A DNA stretch of 64,000 nucleotides. It comes from an uncultured Pelagibacteraceae bacterium. GTDB taxonomy: Bacteria; Pseudomonadota; Alphaproteobacteria; Pelagibacterales; AG-422-B15. Both the position numbers and the translations under genes were made by a program. The notes below the pieces were generated by a model. It was not told where the DNA came from and did no database searches. It saw only the letters and a list, made by a program, of their open reading frames with translations. Where the stretch lies: NCBI GenBank assembly GCA_902604225.1, contig CACKXV010000003.1:4216-68215 (forward strand). Reading direction: 5' to 3'. Below are positions 51,350-64,000 of the stretch, one piece after another (position 1 is the first letter of the stretch; each line of letters begins with the position of its first letter).

Positions 51350-54300
51350 GTGGTTAATACATTATCATTTACTGAGAAAAAAAGAGTTCGTAAAAACTTT
51401 GGAAAACTCAAAGAAGTTTCAAAATTCCCTAACCTTATTGAAATACAAAAAAAATCTTATGAAGAGTTTCTTTTGGAAGAAATTCATCCCTCAAATAGAC
51501 CAGATCGCGGACTCCAAAAAGTTTTCAAAAGCGTCTTTCCCTTAGAAGATTTTTCTGGTTCTGCCAGAATAGAATATATTGAATATAGTCTTCAAGAGCC
51601 AAAGTTTGATGTTGATGAATGCCGTCAAAGAGACAAGACTTACGCTGCTCCATTAAATGTAAAGTTAAGACTTATAGTTTTTGATATTGATGAAGAAACT
51701 GAATCTAGAACGGTAAAGGATATAAAAGAACAAGAAATATATCTTTGCGATCTACCATTAATGACTCAAAAAGGAACATTTATTACTAATGGCACTGAGA
51801 GAGTTGTTGTTAGCCAAATGCATCGTAGTCCAGGAGTATTTTTTGATCATGATAATGGAAAAACACATTCAAGTGGAAAGCTTCTTTTTGGAGCTAGAGT
51901 AATTCCATATAGGGGCTCATGGTTAGACATCGAATTTGATCATAAAGACATTCTGCATTGTAGGATTGATAGAAAGAAAAAAATACCAATCACGACTTTC
52001 TTAATGTCTATGGGAGTTAAAAGAGAAGAGATTTTAAATTTATTCTACAACACAGAAACTTATAGTTTTAATGTAAAGGAAGGGAAATGGAAGTTTAATT
52101 TTAACCCAAAAAATATTAAAACTGGAAAACTTCAAAAGAATTTGATCAATGCAGCTAATGGAAAGATTGCAGTCAAACAAGGTACAAAAATTAATCCAGC
52201 TATTGCAAAAAAATTATTTAACGAAGGACTTAAAACTTTACTTATTGATGACGATGAACTAATTGGAAAGTTTGTTGCAGATGATGTCATAAACGAGAAA
52301 ACTGGTGAAATTTATTTAGAAGCTTCTGATGAGATAACTTCAGAGTCTTTAGAAAAAATCAAAGAGCTAAAAATAAATAAGTTACAAATACTTGAAATCG
52401 ATGGAATTAACGTTGGTTCATTTATTAGGGATACTTTAAGAATCGATAAGAATTTAAGTCCAGAAGAAGCTGTTGTTGAAATATATAAAGTATTAAGGCC
52501 AGGTGAACCACCTAACTTAGAAACAGCGTTTGAAGTATTTAATTCATTATTTTTTAAATCAGAAAAATACGATCTTTCCGATGTAGGCAGAGTCAAAATT
52601 AATTATAGGTTAAACCTTGACTGCCCAGATACAACCACTGTTTTAAGAACTGATGACATCATTGAAGTAGTAAAGACTGTTATGGATTTAAGAACTGGAA
52701 AAGGTGAGGTAGATGATATCGATCATCTTGGAAATAGAAGAGTTAGATCTGTGGGCGAGCTTGTTGAAAATCAGTTTAGAATGGGCCTTATAAGAATGGA
52801 AAGATCAATTAAAGAGAGAATGAACTCACTTGAAGTTGATGCTGTGACACCACAAGATATCATTAATGCAAAGCCATTAGTTGCATCTTTAAAAGAATTT
52901 TTTGGAACATCGCAACTTTCTCAGTTTATGGACCAGACAAATCCACTGGCCGAGATAACTCATAAAAGAAGACTTTCGGCTCTTGGACCTGGTGGCTTAA
53001 GTAGAGAAAGAGCAGGTTTTGAGGTAAGAGATGTTCACCCTACTCACTATGGAAGAATTTGCCCAATTGAGACACCTGAGGGCCCTAACATAGGACTCAT
53101 AAACAGCTTGGCATCTCATGCAAGAGTGAATCAGTATGGGTTTATTGAAAGCCCCTATAGAAAAGTTGTAAACGGCAAAGTCACAAATGACGTTGAATAC
53201 TTGCCTGCAATGGAAGAGGCTGATTATACAATTGCTCAGGCAAATAGTGAGATCGATGTAAAAGGAAACTTCACCACAAAACTAGTTTCGTGTAGGCGTA
53301 ATGGAGATTTTGTTATGACTATCCCTGATGAAATTAACTACATGGATGTATCACCAAAACAAGTTGTTTCTTGTGCAGCTTCATTAATACCATTTCTTGA
53401 AAATGACGATGCGAATAGAGCTTTAATGGGATCTAATATGATGAGGCAAGCTGTACCTCTTATACAAGCTGAATCTCCACTTGTTGGAACAGGAGTTGAG
53501 AAAGTAGTTGCAATAGACTCAGGTGTAACCATTATTGCCAACAGGGATGGTATAGTTGATAAAATAGACGGCAAGCGAATTGTTGTTAGGGTTACAGAAA
53601 AAATACAAACAAATGAGTCTGGGGTTGATATTTATACTTTGTTAAAGTTCCAAAGATCGAACCAAAGTACGTGTATTAATCAAAGACCATTAGTGAAAGT
53701 TGGCGATAAAGTTTCCAAAGGAGATATTATTGCTGATGGTCCATCAACGCACTTGGGGGAATTAGGTCTGGGTAGAAATGTGGTAGTCGCATTTATGCCG
53801 TGGAGAGGGTACAACTTTGAGGACTCTATACTGATTTCAGAAAAGATTGTTCAAGAAGATAAATTTACCTCAATTCATATTGAAGAGTTTGAGGTAATGT
53901 CCAGAGATACAAAATTAGGCTCAGAAGAGATCACGCGAGATATACCGAATGCTGGTGATGAATTGTTACGTAATCTTGATGAAGCCGGCATTGTTTATGT
54001 TGGCGCTGACGTAAATCCTGGTGATATTCTTGTAGGCAAAGTAACTCCTAAAGGTGAAAGCCCAGTAACTCCTGAGGAAAAGCTACTAAGAGCTATATTT
54101 GGTGAAAAAGCAACAGACGTAAAGGATGCGTCACTTAAACTGCCGCCAGGGTCAAGTGGTATTGTTGTAGATGTAAAGGTTTTTAATAGGTACGGAATAG
54201 AAAAAGATGATAGAGCCCTCTCAATCGAGAGAGACGAAATAGAAAAGCTTGCAAATGACCGAGAGGCGGAATTAGGTATTCTTAATAGAAATATTAAAGA

Positions 54301-55453
54301 AAGATTAAGAAATATAATTAAAGGTAAAAGTATATCAGAGCTTCCTGAGGATATAAGTGATCAAGCATTGTTAAATGAAAATGACATTAGTTCTGTAAAG
54401 CTAGACTCTTTATGGAAAGTAAAGCTTCAAAATGACAAAGATCAAGAGGATATAAACAATTTAAAAAAACAGTATGATGCAGCAAGATCAGCTATTCAAT
54501 CACGTTTTGATAATAAGGTTGATAAAGTGCAAAGAGGAGACGAGTTATTACCAGGAGTGATGAAAATGGTTAAGGTTTTTGTTGCTGTTAAAAGAAAATT
54601 GCAACCTGGTGATAAAATGGCTGGTCGACACGGAAATAAAGGTGTCATAAGTAAAATCGCACCTGTGGAAGATATGCCTTATCTGGAGGATGGAAGGACT
54701 GTTGATATAGTATTAAATCCTCTCGGTGTGCCAAGTAGAATGAACGTCGGGCAAATATTAGAAACTCATTTAGGATGGGCATGCGCAGGTATTGGAGAAA
54801 TTATCAATAAATCAATTGTGCAGTATAATGCTACAAACGATCATTCACATATTGGTAAGTCTTTGGAGAAAGTTTATGGATCAGAACAGTTTAACAATGA
54901 AATAGCTCATCTTAACAAGTCGGAGCAAAAAGAGCTTGCGATGAATATTTCTTCAGGAGTTCCAATTAAAACGCCAGTTTTTGATGGAGCGTCAGAGCAT
55001 GAAATATCTGAGATGCTAGAAGTTGCAGGTTTTGATAAAAGTGGACAAACTTATTTATGGGACGGCTTAACTGGAGAGCAATTTGAGAGAAAAGTAACAG
55101 TCGGATATATCTACATGTTAAAGCTTCATCATTTAGTAGATGATAAAATTCATGCAAGGTCAATTGGTCCGTATAGTCTTGTTACTCAGCAACCATTGGG
55201 AGGTAAAGCACAATTTGGTGGCCAGAGATTTGGAGAGATGGAAGTCTGGGCCCTTGAGGCCTATGGGGCTGCATACACTTTACAAGAAATTTTGACTGTA
55301 AAATCGGATGATGTTGCAGGAAGAACTAAAGTATATGAAACCATAATACGAGGTGAGGATGTATTCCAATCAGGAACCCCTGAATCATTTAACGTTTTGA
55401 TCAAAGAGATACGATCTCTTGGACTTAACATAGAATTATCGAACTTAAACTAG
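51350..55453 (+). CDS. rpoB: RNA polymerase beta subunit
   Basis: [42 protein letters not shown] at 51350 follows an AGGTGAG RBS. Confidence 0.99.
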   Translation: MVNTLSFTEKKRVRKNFGKLKEVSKFPNLIEIQKKSYEEFLLEEIHPSNRPDRGLQKVFKSVFPLEDFSGSARIEYIEYSLQEPKFDVDECRQRDKTYAAPLNVKLRLIVFDIDEETESRTVKDIKEQEIYLCDLPLMTQKGTFITNGTERVVVSQMHRSPGVFFDHDNGKTHSSGKLLFGARVIPYRGSWLDIEFDHKDILHCRIDRKKKIPITTFLMSMGVKREEILNLFYNTETYSFNVKEGKWKFNFNPKNIKTGKLQKNLINAANGKIAVKQGTKINPAIAKKLFNEGLKTLLIDDDELIGKFVADDVINEKTGEIYLEASDEITSESLEKIKELKINKLQILEIDGINVGSFIRDTLRIDKNLSPEEAVVEIYKVLRPGEPPNLETAFEVFNSLFFKSEKYDLSDVGRVKINYRLNLDCPDTTTVLRTDDIIEVVKTVMDLRTGKGEVDDIDHLGNRRVRSVGELVENQFRMGLIRMERSIKERMNSLEVDAVTPQDIINAKPLVASLKEFFGTSQLSQFMDQTNPLAEITHKRRLSALGPGGLSRERAGFEVRDVHPTHYGRICPIETPEGPNIGLINSLASHARVNQYGFIESPYRKVVNGKVTNDVEYLPAMEEADYTIAQANSEIDVKGNFTTKLVSCRRNGDFVMTIPDEINYMDVSPKQVVSCAASLIPFLENDDANRALMGSNMMRQAVPLIQAESPLVGTGVEKVVAIDSGVTIIANRDGIVDKIDGKRIVVRVTEKIQTNESGVDIYTLLKFQRSNQSTCINQRPLVKVGDKVSKGDIIADGPSTHLGELGLGRNVVVAFMPWRGYNFEDSILISEKIVQEDKFTSIHIEEFEVMSRDTKLGSEEITRDIPNAGDELLRNLDEAGIVYVGADVNPGDILVGKVTPKGESPVTPEEKLLRAIFGEKATDVKDASLKLPPGSSGIVVDVKVFNRYGIEKDDRALSIERDEIEKLANDREAELGILNRNIKERLRNIIKGKSISELPEDISDQALLNENDISSVKLDSLWKVKLQNDKDQEDINNLKKQYDAARSAIQSRFDNKVDKVQRGDELLPGVMKMVKVFVAVKRKLQPGDKMAGRHGNKGVISKIAPVEDMPYLEDGRTVDIVLNPLGVPSRMNVGQILETHLGWACAGIGEIINKSIVQYNATNDHSHIGKSLEKVYGSEQFNNEIAHLNKSEQKELAMNISSGVPIKTPVFDGASEHEISEMLEVAGFDKSGQTYLWDGLTGEQFERKVTVGYIYMLKLHHLVDDKIHARSIGPYSLVTQQPLGGKAQFGGQRFGEMEVWALEAYGAAYTLQEILTVKSDDVAGRTKVYETIIRGEDVFQSGTPESFNVLIKEIRSLGLNIELSNLN

Positions 55454-55463
55454 GAAACTATAT

Positions 55464-58400
55464 ATGAGCCAGTCTTTAATGAATATATTTAACCCTGCTG
55501 CTTCTAGAGATGACTTTAATCAAGTTAAAATTTCTATAGCAAGTCCCGAGAGAATTTTATCCTGGTCATATGGCGAGATTAAAAAACCTGAAACAATTAA
55601 CTACCGAACATTTAAACCAGAAAGAGACGGCCTCTTTTGTGCAAGAATATTTGGTCCAATAAAAGATTATGAGTGTTTATGCGGCAAATATAAGAGAATG
55701 AAATTCAAAGGCATAATATGTGAAAAATGCGGTGTTGAGGTTACAAAAAAAGACGTAAGAAGAGAACGCATGGGTCATATACAACTTGCTGCTCCTGTAG
55801 CACACATATGGTTTTTAAAATCTTTACCAAGCCGTATTGCTCTCATGATGGATATGAAATTAAAGGATTTAGAAAAAGTTCTATATTTCGAAAAATTTAT
55901 GGTGACTGAGCCTGGGTTAACACCGTTGATCCAAAACCAACTCTTGGATGAAGAGGAATTAGAGAATGCTAAAGAAGAATACGGTGTAGATTCCTTTTCG
56001 GCAGGAATTGGAGCAGAAGCTGTAAGAAAAGTTTTAGAAAGAGTTGAACTTGAGGCTGAACTTGAGTTATTAAAATCAAAACTTGCCGAAACTAAAGCGG
56101 TCGCACTTTCAGAAAAGCTTGTTAAAAGAATAAAAATATTTGAAGCCTTTATATCTTCTGGAAATAGACCTGAATGGATGATTTTAACATCCGTACCAGT
56201 AATTCCGCCCGAGCTTAGACCTCTCGTTCCTTTGGATGGAGGAAGGTTTGCTTCATCTGATTTAAACGACTTATATAGACGAGTGATCAATAGAAATAAT
56301 AGATTATCGAGACTTATAGAATTAAGAGCGCCAGATATTATTATTAGAAATGAAAAAAGAATGCTGCAAGAGTCAGTAGATGCATTATTTGATAATGGAC
56401 GAAGGGGTAGAGTAATTACAGGAACTAATAAACGACCTCTCAAATCACTCGCTGAAATGCTCAAAGGTAAACAAGGCCGTTTCAGACAAAATCTTCTTGG
56501 AAAAAGAGTTGATTACTCTGGTAGGTCAGTAATTGTTGTTGGACCAGAGCTCAAATTACATCAGTGTGGCCTGCCTAAAAAAATGGCAATAGAATTATTT
56601 AAACCATTTATATATGCACGTTTAGAATCATTGGGTTTAGCAACTACTTTAAAACAAGCCAAGAAAATGGTTGAAAAGGAAAGACCTGAGGTCTGGGATG
56701 TGCTGGATAGAGTCATTAGAGAGCATCCAATTATTTTAAATAGAGCACCAACACTTCATAGGTTGGGCGTTCAAGCTTTTGAACCAACCTTAATTGAAGG
56801 AAAAGCGATTCAACTACACCCTCTTGTTTGTACTGCATTTAATGCAGATTTTGATGGCGATCAAATGGCAGTTCATGTACCGCTTAGCTTAGAAGCACAG
56901 CTGGAAGCAAGAGTTTTAATGATGTCCACAAATAATATATTAAATCCAGCTAATGGTAAGCCTGTAATTGTTCCGAGTCAGGATATAGTTCTAGGTATCT
57001 ATTTTCTATCTCAGGAAAAAAACAATGAACCTGGCCAGGGAGCTGTGTACAAAGATATTTTTGAAGTTCAACAAGCAATTGAAAATGGCGTGACAACTGT
57101 TCATGCAAAAATTGAAGCAAGAATTAATTATATTAACTCTGATGGGAATATTGATACTAAAAGAATTAGTACAACACCTGGTAGAATGCTTTTGTGGAAT
57201 TTAATACCTCAACATAAAGATCTTGATCCAAAGCTTGTCAATCGTCTTCTTGGAAAGAAAGAAGTTTCCAGCTTAATTGATACTGTCTATAGATACTGTG
57301 GTCAAAAAGATACAGTCATATTTGCTGATCAATTAATGGCACTTGGTTTCCATTACGCATACAAGGCTGGTATTTCTTTTGGTAAAGACGATATGATAAT
57401 ACCTGAGACTAAAGAAAAAATGGTTTCAGAAACATCAGTACAAATTGAAAAATATGAAAAACAATATAATGATGGCTTAATTACTAATAGAGAAAAATAT
57501 AACAAAGTAATTGACGCCTGGGCGAAGTGCACAGATAGAGTTGCACAAGAAATGATGAATGAAATTTCTTCTGTCAAAGTTAATGAAACAACTAAAAGAG
57601 AACTTCCAATTAATTCTATCTATATGATGGCAAATTCAGGAGCCAGGGGTTCAGCCGCCCAAATGAAGCAGTTATCTGGAATGCGTGGTCTTATGGCCAA
57701 ACCATCTGGAGATATAATTGAGACTCCTATTATATCTAATTTTAAAGAGGGATTAAATGTACTCGAATATTTTAATTCTACCCACGGGGCAAGAAAAGGA
57801 CTCGCTGATACTGCATTAAAGACAGCTAATTCTGGCTACTTGACAAGAAGATTGTGTGATGTTGCACAAGATTGTACCATTTCAGATTACGACTGTGGTA
57901 CTGATAGTGGTGTATGGATATCTGACGTAGTTGAAGGTGGAGAAGTAATAATATCAATTGCTGATAGATTACTCGGAAGATTTTTGCAAAAAGATATTGT
58001 TCATCCGGTGACCAATGAAATTGTTGCAAAAAAAGATGATTATATTGATGAGATACTAGCTGAGAAGATTGAAACAGCTGGTATACAAAACGCTTATATT
58101 CGATCTCCATTAACTTGTGATAGTAAAAAAGGAATCTGTGTGAAGTGCTACGGGCGAGATCTTGCTCGAGGGTTTATGGTTAATGAGGGTGAAGCCGTAG
58201 GGATGATTGCAGCCCAATCTATTGGTGAGCCTGGAACACAATTAACTATGAGAACATTTCATATAGGAGGAGCAGCTCAAATTAATGATCAATCTTTTAT
58301 TGAAATTAATACTGATGGCATTTTCAAAATCCTAAACAAGAATACCGTTGAAGATAGTAATAAAAATTTAATTGTTATGGGAAGAAATTGTCAACTGGCT

Positions 58401-59654
58401 ATTCATGATGAAAATAATAGAGAGCTTGCAAACTATAAAGTTCCTTATGGAACAAAAATACTCGTGGCAGAGGACTCAAAGGTGTCTTCTGGAACTAAAA
58501 TTTGCGAATGGGATCCATTTACAAATCCTGTTATTTCTGAAAAATCAGGTAACGCCAACTATGTGGATATGGAAGAAGGCATCTCTTTAATAGAAGAAAC
58601 CGAAGAAAAAACAGGATTAACATATACCAAAGTAAAGGACTGGAAGTTAGACTCAAAAGGAAGCGATCTTAAGCCAAGAATTACCTTGAGAGATAAAAAA
58701 GGTGAAGTAATACTTTTAGCAAATGGGAATGAAGCTAGATATTTCCTTCCACCTGACTCCATTTTATCAGTCACTGATGGTTCAGAAGTGCATGCTGGTG
58801 ATGTCTTAGCAAGAACACCAAAGGCCGCATCTAAAACAAAAGATATTACTGGTGGATTACCTAGAGTTGCTGAATTGTTTGAAGCAAGAAAACCGAAAGA
58901 TCATGCAATTATATCTGAAATTTCAGGTATTATTTCTTTTGGGAAAGATATAAGAGGAAAGCAAAAAGTGATCATTACTCCAGAGGACAGTGAAAATGAT
59001 CCAGTAGAAGTACTAATTCCAAAAGGTAAGCATATAGCTTATCAAGAAGGAGAAAGTATTGAGAAAGGAGATTACTTACTTGATGGAAATCCAGACCCAC
59101 ATGATATCTTAGAGATTTTAGGCATTGAGGCGTTAGCTGATTATTTAATTAATGAGGTTCAAGAAGTTTATAGGCTTCAAGGTGTTTTAATTAATGATAA
59201 ACATATTGAGGTTTTATGTAGACAGATGCTTCAAAAAGTCTGTATTACTGATACAGGCGATAGTTCTTTCATTAAAGGCGAAGAGATTGACAGATATGAA
59301 TTCTTAATTACAAATGAACAGCTTACCGATGAAGGTAAAAAACCAGCAGCAGGTAAACCGGTTCTATTAGGTATAACAAAAGCCTCTCTACAAACTAGGT
59401 CATTTATTTCTGCTGCCTCATTCCAGGAGACGACGCGAATACTTACTGATGCATCGATTAAAGGAAAAGTGGATAGACTTGAGGGCCTTAAAGAGAATGT
59501 TATTGTAGGCAGATTAATACCTGCTGGAACAGGAAGAATCTTTAATCAGATTGAAAATCAAGCAAAAAATCTTGATAAAGAGGCTAAAATTGAAATTGAA
59601 GCAATGCAAGCCGCTAAAGAGCAGGAAACAGCAGAAATTCAGGAAAATTCTTAA
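55464..59654 (+). CDS. rpoC: RNA polymerase beta' subunit
   Basis: Zn-finger Cys, [25 protein letters not shown]. Confidence 0.99.
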   Translation: MSQSLMNIFNPAASRDDFNQVKISIASPERILSWSYGEIKKPETINYRTFKPERDGLFCARIFGPIKDYECLCGKYKRMKFKGIICEKCGVEVTKKDVRRERMGHIQLAAPVAHIWFLKSLPSRIALMMDMKLKDLEKVLYFEKFMVTEPGLTPLIQNQLLDEEELENAKEEYGVDSFSAGIGAEAVRKVLERVELEAELELLKSKLAETKAVALSEKLVKRIKIFEAFISSGNRPEWMILTSVPVIPPELRPLVPLDGGRFASSDLNDLYRRVINRNNRLSRLIELRAPDIIIRNEKRMLQESVDALFDNGRRGRVITGTNKRPLKSLAEMLKGKQGRFRQNLLGKRVDYSGRSVIVVGPELKLHQCGLPKKMAIELFKPFIYARLESLGLATTLKQAKKMVEKERPEVWDVLDRVIREHPIILNRAPTLHRLGVQAFEPTLIEGKAIQLHPLVCTAFNADFDGDQMAVHVPLSLEAQLEARVLMMSTNNILNPANGKPVIVPSQDIVLGIYFLSQEKNNEPGQGAVYKDIFEVQQAIENGVTTVHAKIEARINYINSDGNIDTKRISTTPGRMLLWNLIPQHKDLDPKLVNRLLGKKEVSSLIDTVYRYCGQKDTVIFADQLMALGFHYAYKAGISFGKDDMIIPETKEKMVSETSVQIEKYEKQYNDGLITNREKYNKVIDAWAKCTDRVAQEMMNEISSVKVNETTKRELPINSIYMMANSGARGSAAQMKQLSGMRGLMAKPSGDIIETPIISNFKEGLNVLEYFNSTHGARKGLADTALKTANSGYLTRRLCDVAQDCTISDYDCGTDSGVWISDVVEGGEVIISIADRLLGRFLQKDIVHPVTNEIVAKKDDYIDEILAEKIETAGIQNAYIRSPLTCDSKKGICVKCYGRDLARGFMVNEGEAVGMIAAQSIGEPGTQLTMRTFHIGGAAQINDQSFIEINTDGIFKILNKNTVEDSNKNLIVMGRNCQLAIHDENNRELANYKVPYGTKILVAEDSKVSSGTKICEWDPFTNPVISEKSGNANYVDMEEGISLIEETEEKTGLTYTKVKDWKLDSKGSDLKPRITLRDKKGEVILLANGNEARYFLPPDSILSVTDGSEVHAGDVLARTPKAASKTKDITGGLPRVAELFEARKPKDHAIISEISGIISFGKDIRGKQKVIITPEDSENDPVEVLIPKGKHIAYQEGESIEKGDYLLDGNPDPHDILEILGIEALADYLINEVQEVYRLQGVLINDKHIEVLCRQMLQKVCITDTGDSSFIKGEEIDRYEFLITNEQLTDEGKKPAAGKPVLLGITKASLQTRSFISAASFQETTRILTDASIKGKVDRLEGLKENVIVGRLIPAGTGRIFNQIENQAKNLDKEAKIEIEAMQAAKEQETAEIQENS

Positions 59655-59663
59655 TAATATTTG

Positions 59664-59743
59664 TTGACCAAAGCAGACTATTAAGTATTATTCGGCATTC
59701 TTAAATAGTAGGCGGTAGAGAAATCTAAACGCTACTTTTTTTA
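59664..59743 (+). promoter_or_regulatory. str operon promoter followed by a terminator-like leader hairpin
   Basis: TTGACC (59664), 16 nt, TATTAT (59686); then AGTAG.CG.TAGA-GAAA-TCTA..CGCTACT and a T-run. Confidence 0.6.
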
Positions 59744-59794
59744 GACTTTTTTTTAATAGTTAACTTTTTATTAGTTTCTAACTGGAGATACTGT

Positions 59795-60639
<845 letters not shown>

Positions 60640-60641
60640 CT

Positions 60642-62717
60642 ATGATAAGGGAGTATCCATTAAATAAGTATAGAAACATTGGCATCATGGCTCACATAGA
60701 TGCCGGAAAGACAACTACCACAGAGCGCATACTCTATTACACAGGAAAAAGTCATAAGATTGGTGAAGTGCACGATGGCGCGGCCACAATGGACTGGATG
60801 GAGCAGGAACAAGAGCGTGGCATTACTATTACATCCGCTGCAACTACTTGTTTTTGGAATGATCACAGAATTAATATTATTGACACTCCTGGACACGTTG
60901 ATTTTACCATAGAAGTTGAGCGTTCTTTAAGAGTGCTCGATGGGGCGGTTGCTGTATTTGACGGTGTTGCTGGGGTGGAGCCACAAACTGAAACTGTTTG
61001 GAGACAGGCAAATAGATACAATGTGCCAAGAATGTGCTTCGTTAATAAAATGGATCGCACTGGTGCTGACTTTTACAAATGTTTGGACATGATCAAAGAC
61101 AGGCTTCAGGCAAATGCATTAGTTTTACAGATACCTTACGGAAGTGAATCTAATCTTAAAGGTGTTATTGATCTGGTTAAGAATAAAGCAATCGTATGGG
61201 CAAATGAGGATCTTGGCGCTAAGTACGAATACACTGATATTCCAGATGATTTAAAAGATACTGCTGAGAAATATAGATCTGAAATGGTTGAAATGGCTGT
61301 CGAACAAGATGAAGAAGTCCTTGAAAAATATTTAGATGGAGAAGAACCTGATGAGGAAACACTAATAAGGTGTATTAGAAAAGGAACAATTAATTTTGAG
61401 TTTGTTCCAATTTTAACTGGAAGTGCTTTCAAGAATAAAGGTGTCCAACCTTTGTTAGACGCAATTGTGAATTTCATGCCTGACCCTAGTGAGGTTCAGC
61501 AGGCAACTGGTAACATTCCAGGAAAAGAAGAAGAGGAAGTAAGAAAAGCATCGGACGATGAACCTTTCTCCGCATTGGCATTCAAGGTAGCAAATGACCC
61601 TTTTGTCGGTTCTCTTACATTCACCAGGATATATTCTGGTAAGTTAGAGGCTGGTTCAACAATTTTAAATTCTGTTAAAGGCGATAAAGAAAGAATTGGC
61701 CGTATGCTCTTAATGCACGCTAACAATAGAGAAGACATAAAAATTGCTTACGCAGGTGACATTGTCGCGATTGCTGGCTTAAAAGATACGATAACTGGTG
61801 AGACTTTATCAGATGCCCAAAAACCAATTATCTTAGAATCTATGGACTTCCCGGATCCTGTAATTGAGATTGCTGTTGAGCCAAAGACAAAAGCTGATCA
61901 GGAAAAAATGGGAGAAGCACTGGCTAGATTAGCCAAAGAAGATCCATCATTCAGGGTTACCTCAGATGAAGAGTCTGGACAAACGGTAATAAAAGGAATG
62001 GGTGAACTTCATTTAGATATAATTGTGGACAGGATGAAGAGAGAGTTCAACGTGGAAGCTAATGTAGGAGCCCCACAAGTTGCTTACAGAGAAACCATCT
62101 CTAAAAATATGGAAGTAACATATACACACAAAAAACAAAGTGGTGGCGCGGGGCAATTTGCTGAAGTAAAGATAATTGTCGAGGGCTGTGAACCTGGAAC
62201 TGGAAGAATTTTTGAAGATAAGATTAAAGGTGGTAACATTCCTAAGGAATACATACCTGGTGTAGAGAAAGGTATAGAAGGAGTAGCCGATACAGGTGTT
62301 ATTGCTGGTTTCCCAATAATTGACTATAAAGTCACCCTTATAGATGGAAAATATCATGATGTAGACTCAAGCAGTCTTGCATTTGAAATAGCTGGACGAA
62401 TGGCATTTAAGGATGCCTGTCAAAAAGCAAATCCAAAGTTATTAGAACCAATAATGAGAGTTGAAGTTGTTACTCCTGAAGAGTTTATGGGAGATGTAAT
62501 AGGAGATTTAAGTAGTCGAAGAGGTCAGGTAAGTGGAAGTGAAGCGAGGGGCAACACAACGGCTATTAGTTCAATGGTGCCTCTGGCTAATATGTTTGGC
62601 TATGTAAATACTCTGCGATCTATGACGCAGGGAAGAGCTCAATATTCAATGTTTTTTGATCACTATGAGCAGGTACCACAAAATGTACAAGATGAGGTAA
62701 AGGCGAAGTTCGCTTAA
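60642..62717 (+). CDS. fusA: elongation factor G
   Basis: [25 protein letters not shown] at 60642 after AGGTGG. Confidence 0.99.
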   Translation: MIREYPLNKYRNIGIMAHIDAGKTTTTERILYYTGKSHKIGEVHDGAATMDWMEQEQERGITITSAATTCFWNDHRINIIDTPGHVDFTIEVERSLRVLDGAVAVFDGVAGVEPQTETVWRQANRYNVPRMCFVNKMDRTGADFYKCLDMIKDRLQANALVLQIPYGSESNLKGVIDLVKNKAIVWANEDLGAKYEYTDIPDDLKDTAEKYRSEMVEMAVEQDEEVLEKYLDGEEPDEETLIRCIRKGTINFEFVPILTGSAFKNKGVQPLLDAIVNFMPDPSEVQQATGNIPGKEEEEVRKASDDEPFSALAFKVANDPFVGSLTFTRIYSGKLEAGSTILNSVKGDKERIGRMLLMHANNREDIKIAYAGDIVAIAGLKDTITGETLSDAQKPIILESMDFPDPVIEIAVEPKTKADQEKMGEALARLAKEDPSFRVTSDEESGQTVIKGMGELHLDIIVDRMKREFNVEANVGAPQVAYRETISKNMEVTYTHKKQSGGAGQFAEVKIIVEGCEPGTGRIFEDKIKGGNIPKEYIPGVEKGIEGVADTGVIAGFPIIDYKVTLIDGKYHDVDSSSLAFEIAGRMAFKDACQKANPKLLEPIMRVEVVTPEEFMGDVIGDLSSRRGQVSGSEARGNTTAISSMVPLANMFGYVNTLRSMTQGRAQYSMFFDHYEQVPQNVQDEVKAKFA

Positions 62718-62725
62718 TTAAAATA

Positions 62726-63034
62726 ATGGAAAATCAAAATATTAAAATCAGACTTAAAGCATTTGACCATGGGGTTCTGGATAAATCATCTGTTGAAATA
62801 GTTGATACAGCAAAGCGCACTGGAGCGATGGTTAAGGGGCCGATTCCACTTCCTACTAATAACGAAAAATTCACTGTTTTAAGATCACCTCATGTAAATA
62901 AAAAAAGCAGAGAACAATTTGAGATAAGAACGCATAAGCGATTAATAGAAATCGTTGATCCTACCCCTCAAACAGTAGATGCACTTATGAAATTGGATCT
63001 AGCATCGGGAGTTGATGTAGAAATTAAGTTATAG
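62726..63034 (+). CDS. rpsJ: 30S ribosomal protein S10
   Basis: [28 protein letters not shown]. Confidence 0.99.
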   Translation: MENQNIKIRLKAFDHGVLDKSSVEIVDTAKRTGAMVKGPIPLPTNNEKFTVLRSPHVNKKSREQFEIRTHKRLIEIVDPTPQTVDALMKLDLASGVDVEIKL

Positions 63035-63036
63035 AT

Positions 63037-63726
63037 ATGAGAACAGGAATCATCGCAAAAAAAATAGGAATGAGTAACTTGTATACACAAAGTGGTACAA
63101 ATATTCCTGTGACTGTCTTGCATATTGATCAATGTCAAATCGTTGAAAGAATTGACTCTACTGATACAAATGCTGACAGAGTTTTAGTTGGAGCGTGTAA
63201 ATTAAAAAAGGCTAATAAGGCTCAGAAGGGATTTTTTGAAAAGAAAAAGAGTGAGGCTTTTAGGTATCTCAGAGAATTTTCAATAGATAAAGACACTGAA
63301 TTAAAGTCGGGCGACCAATTGAATGCAAGTCATTTTCAGGAAGGCCAATTTATCGATGTGTCTGGTTTTACAAAGGGTAAGGGATTTGCTGGAGTGATGA
63401 AAAGACATAACTTTTCAGGCTTGAGAGCTTCTCATGGAGTTTCTGTATCACATAGAAGTGCTGGTTCAACAGGACAGTGTCAGGATCCCGGTAAGGTCTT
63501 TAAAGGAAAAAAAATGGCTGGACAGTATGGAGATGTTAATAAAACACTTCAAAATTTACAAGTAGTAAAAATTGATGAAGCAAAAAATATTATCTGTGTA
63601 AAGGGAGCTACTCCTGGTGCGCGAGGAACATGGCTAGTGGTTGAAGACTCAATTAAGAGAAATGACATTAAAGAAGTTGAAGGTACTTCTGTACAAGCAG
63701 AAAAATCAACTAAAAAGGATAAATAG
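63037..63726 (+). CDS. rplC: 50S ribosomal protein L3
   Basis: KGKGFAGVMKRHNF, GSTGQCQDPGKVFKGKKMAG. Confidence 0.98.
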   Translation: MRTGIIAKKIGMSNLYTQSGTNIPVTVLHIDQCQIVERIDSTDTNADRVLVGACKLKKANKAQKGFFEKKKSEAFRYLREFSIDKDTELKSGDQLNASHFQEGQFIDVSGFTKGKGFAGVMKRHNFSGLRASHGVSVSHRSAGSTGQCQDPGKVFKGKKMAGQYGDVNKTLQNLQVVKIDEAKNIICVKGATPGARGTWLVVEDSIKRNDIKEVEGTSVQAEKSTKKDK

Positions 63727-63728
63727 GA

Positions 63729-64000
63729 ATGCAAGTAGAGCTAAATAAAATGAATGGAAAGAGCACAGAGTCTATGGAGCTTAATGAAACCATCTTTAAT
63801 TTAAAACCAGATTTTTCAGTTATAAGTTCTCTTGTAAGATGGAATGAGTCTAATAAAAAACCACTTCGCGCAAGGACCAAAAATCGTTCCGAAGTTGCAG
63901 GTACAACACAGAAATTGGGTAGGCAAAAAGGTGGTGGTGGCGCAAGACATGGTTCAAAGAAGGCAAATATTTTCAGAAGTGGTGGTATGGCACATAACCT
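63729..64000 (+). CDS. rplD: 50S ribosomal protein L4 (partial, runs off the window)
   Basis: MQVEL...TKNRSEVAGTTQKLGRQKGGGGARHGS...FRSGG; follows rplC. Confidence 0.93.
   Translation, partial: MQVELNKMNGKSTESMELNETIFNLKPDFSVISSLVRWNESNKKPLRARTKNRSEVAGTTQKLGRQKGGGGARHGSKKANIFRSGGMAHN

Noticed and set aside
55775..56464. 229-aa antisense ORF in rpoC, and similar antisense ORFs over tuf, rplK, rplA, fusA, purL and the ACAD genes
   Set aside because: Shadow frames of highly conserved genes with no recognisable motifs.

Overview
AT-rich, very tightly packed chromosome segment. Gene content and order point to a streamlined marine alphaproteobacterium (SAR11/HIMB59-like; the taxon is inferred, not determined). 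Most of the window is core genome: rpoZ, two paired acyl-CoA dehydrogenase modules, a cobalamin riboswitch upstream of btuB and a DUF6580-like membrane gene, glmUS, class II DAHP synthase, nadE-gltX-cysS-cimA-trmJ, rpsD, pur genes, a blue-type DTE proteorhodopsin, five tRNAs and the tuf-secE-nusG-rpl-rpoBC-str-S10 cluster. The accessory-looking zone is about 36.3-46.1 kb, between tRNA-Leu and rlmB. It holds two divergent, oppositely oriented copies of a two-gene cassette. Each copy is a passenger-less intimin/invasin-type (inverse autotransporter) beta-barrel followed by a separately encoded, signal-peptide-bearing, Cys-paired protein, and the two partner proteins are recognisably homologous. 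This split secretion or surface-display module is the best candidate for an undescribed system. The same zone has a 400-bp single-gene islet bounded by tRNA-Thr and a degenerate copy of its 3' half. No integrase, transposase or CRISPR array was seen. All family assignments come from motif recognition by eye; no searches were run.
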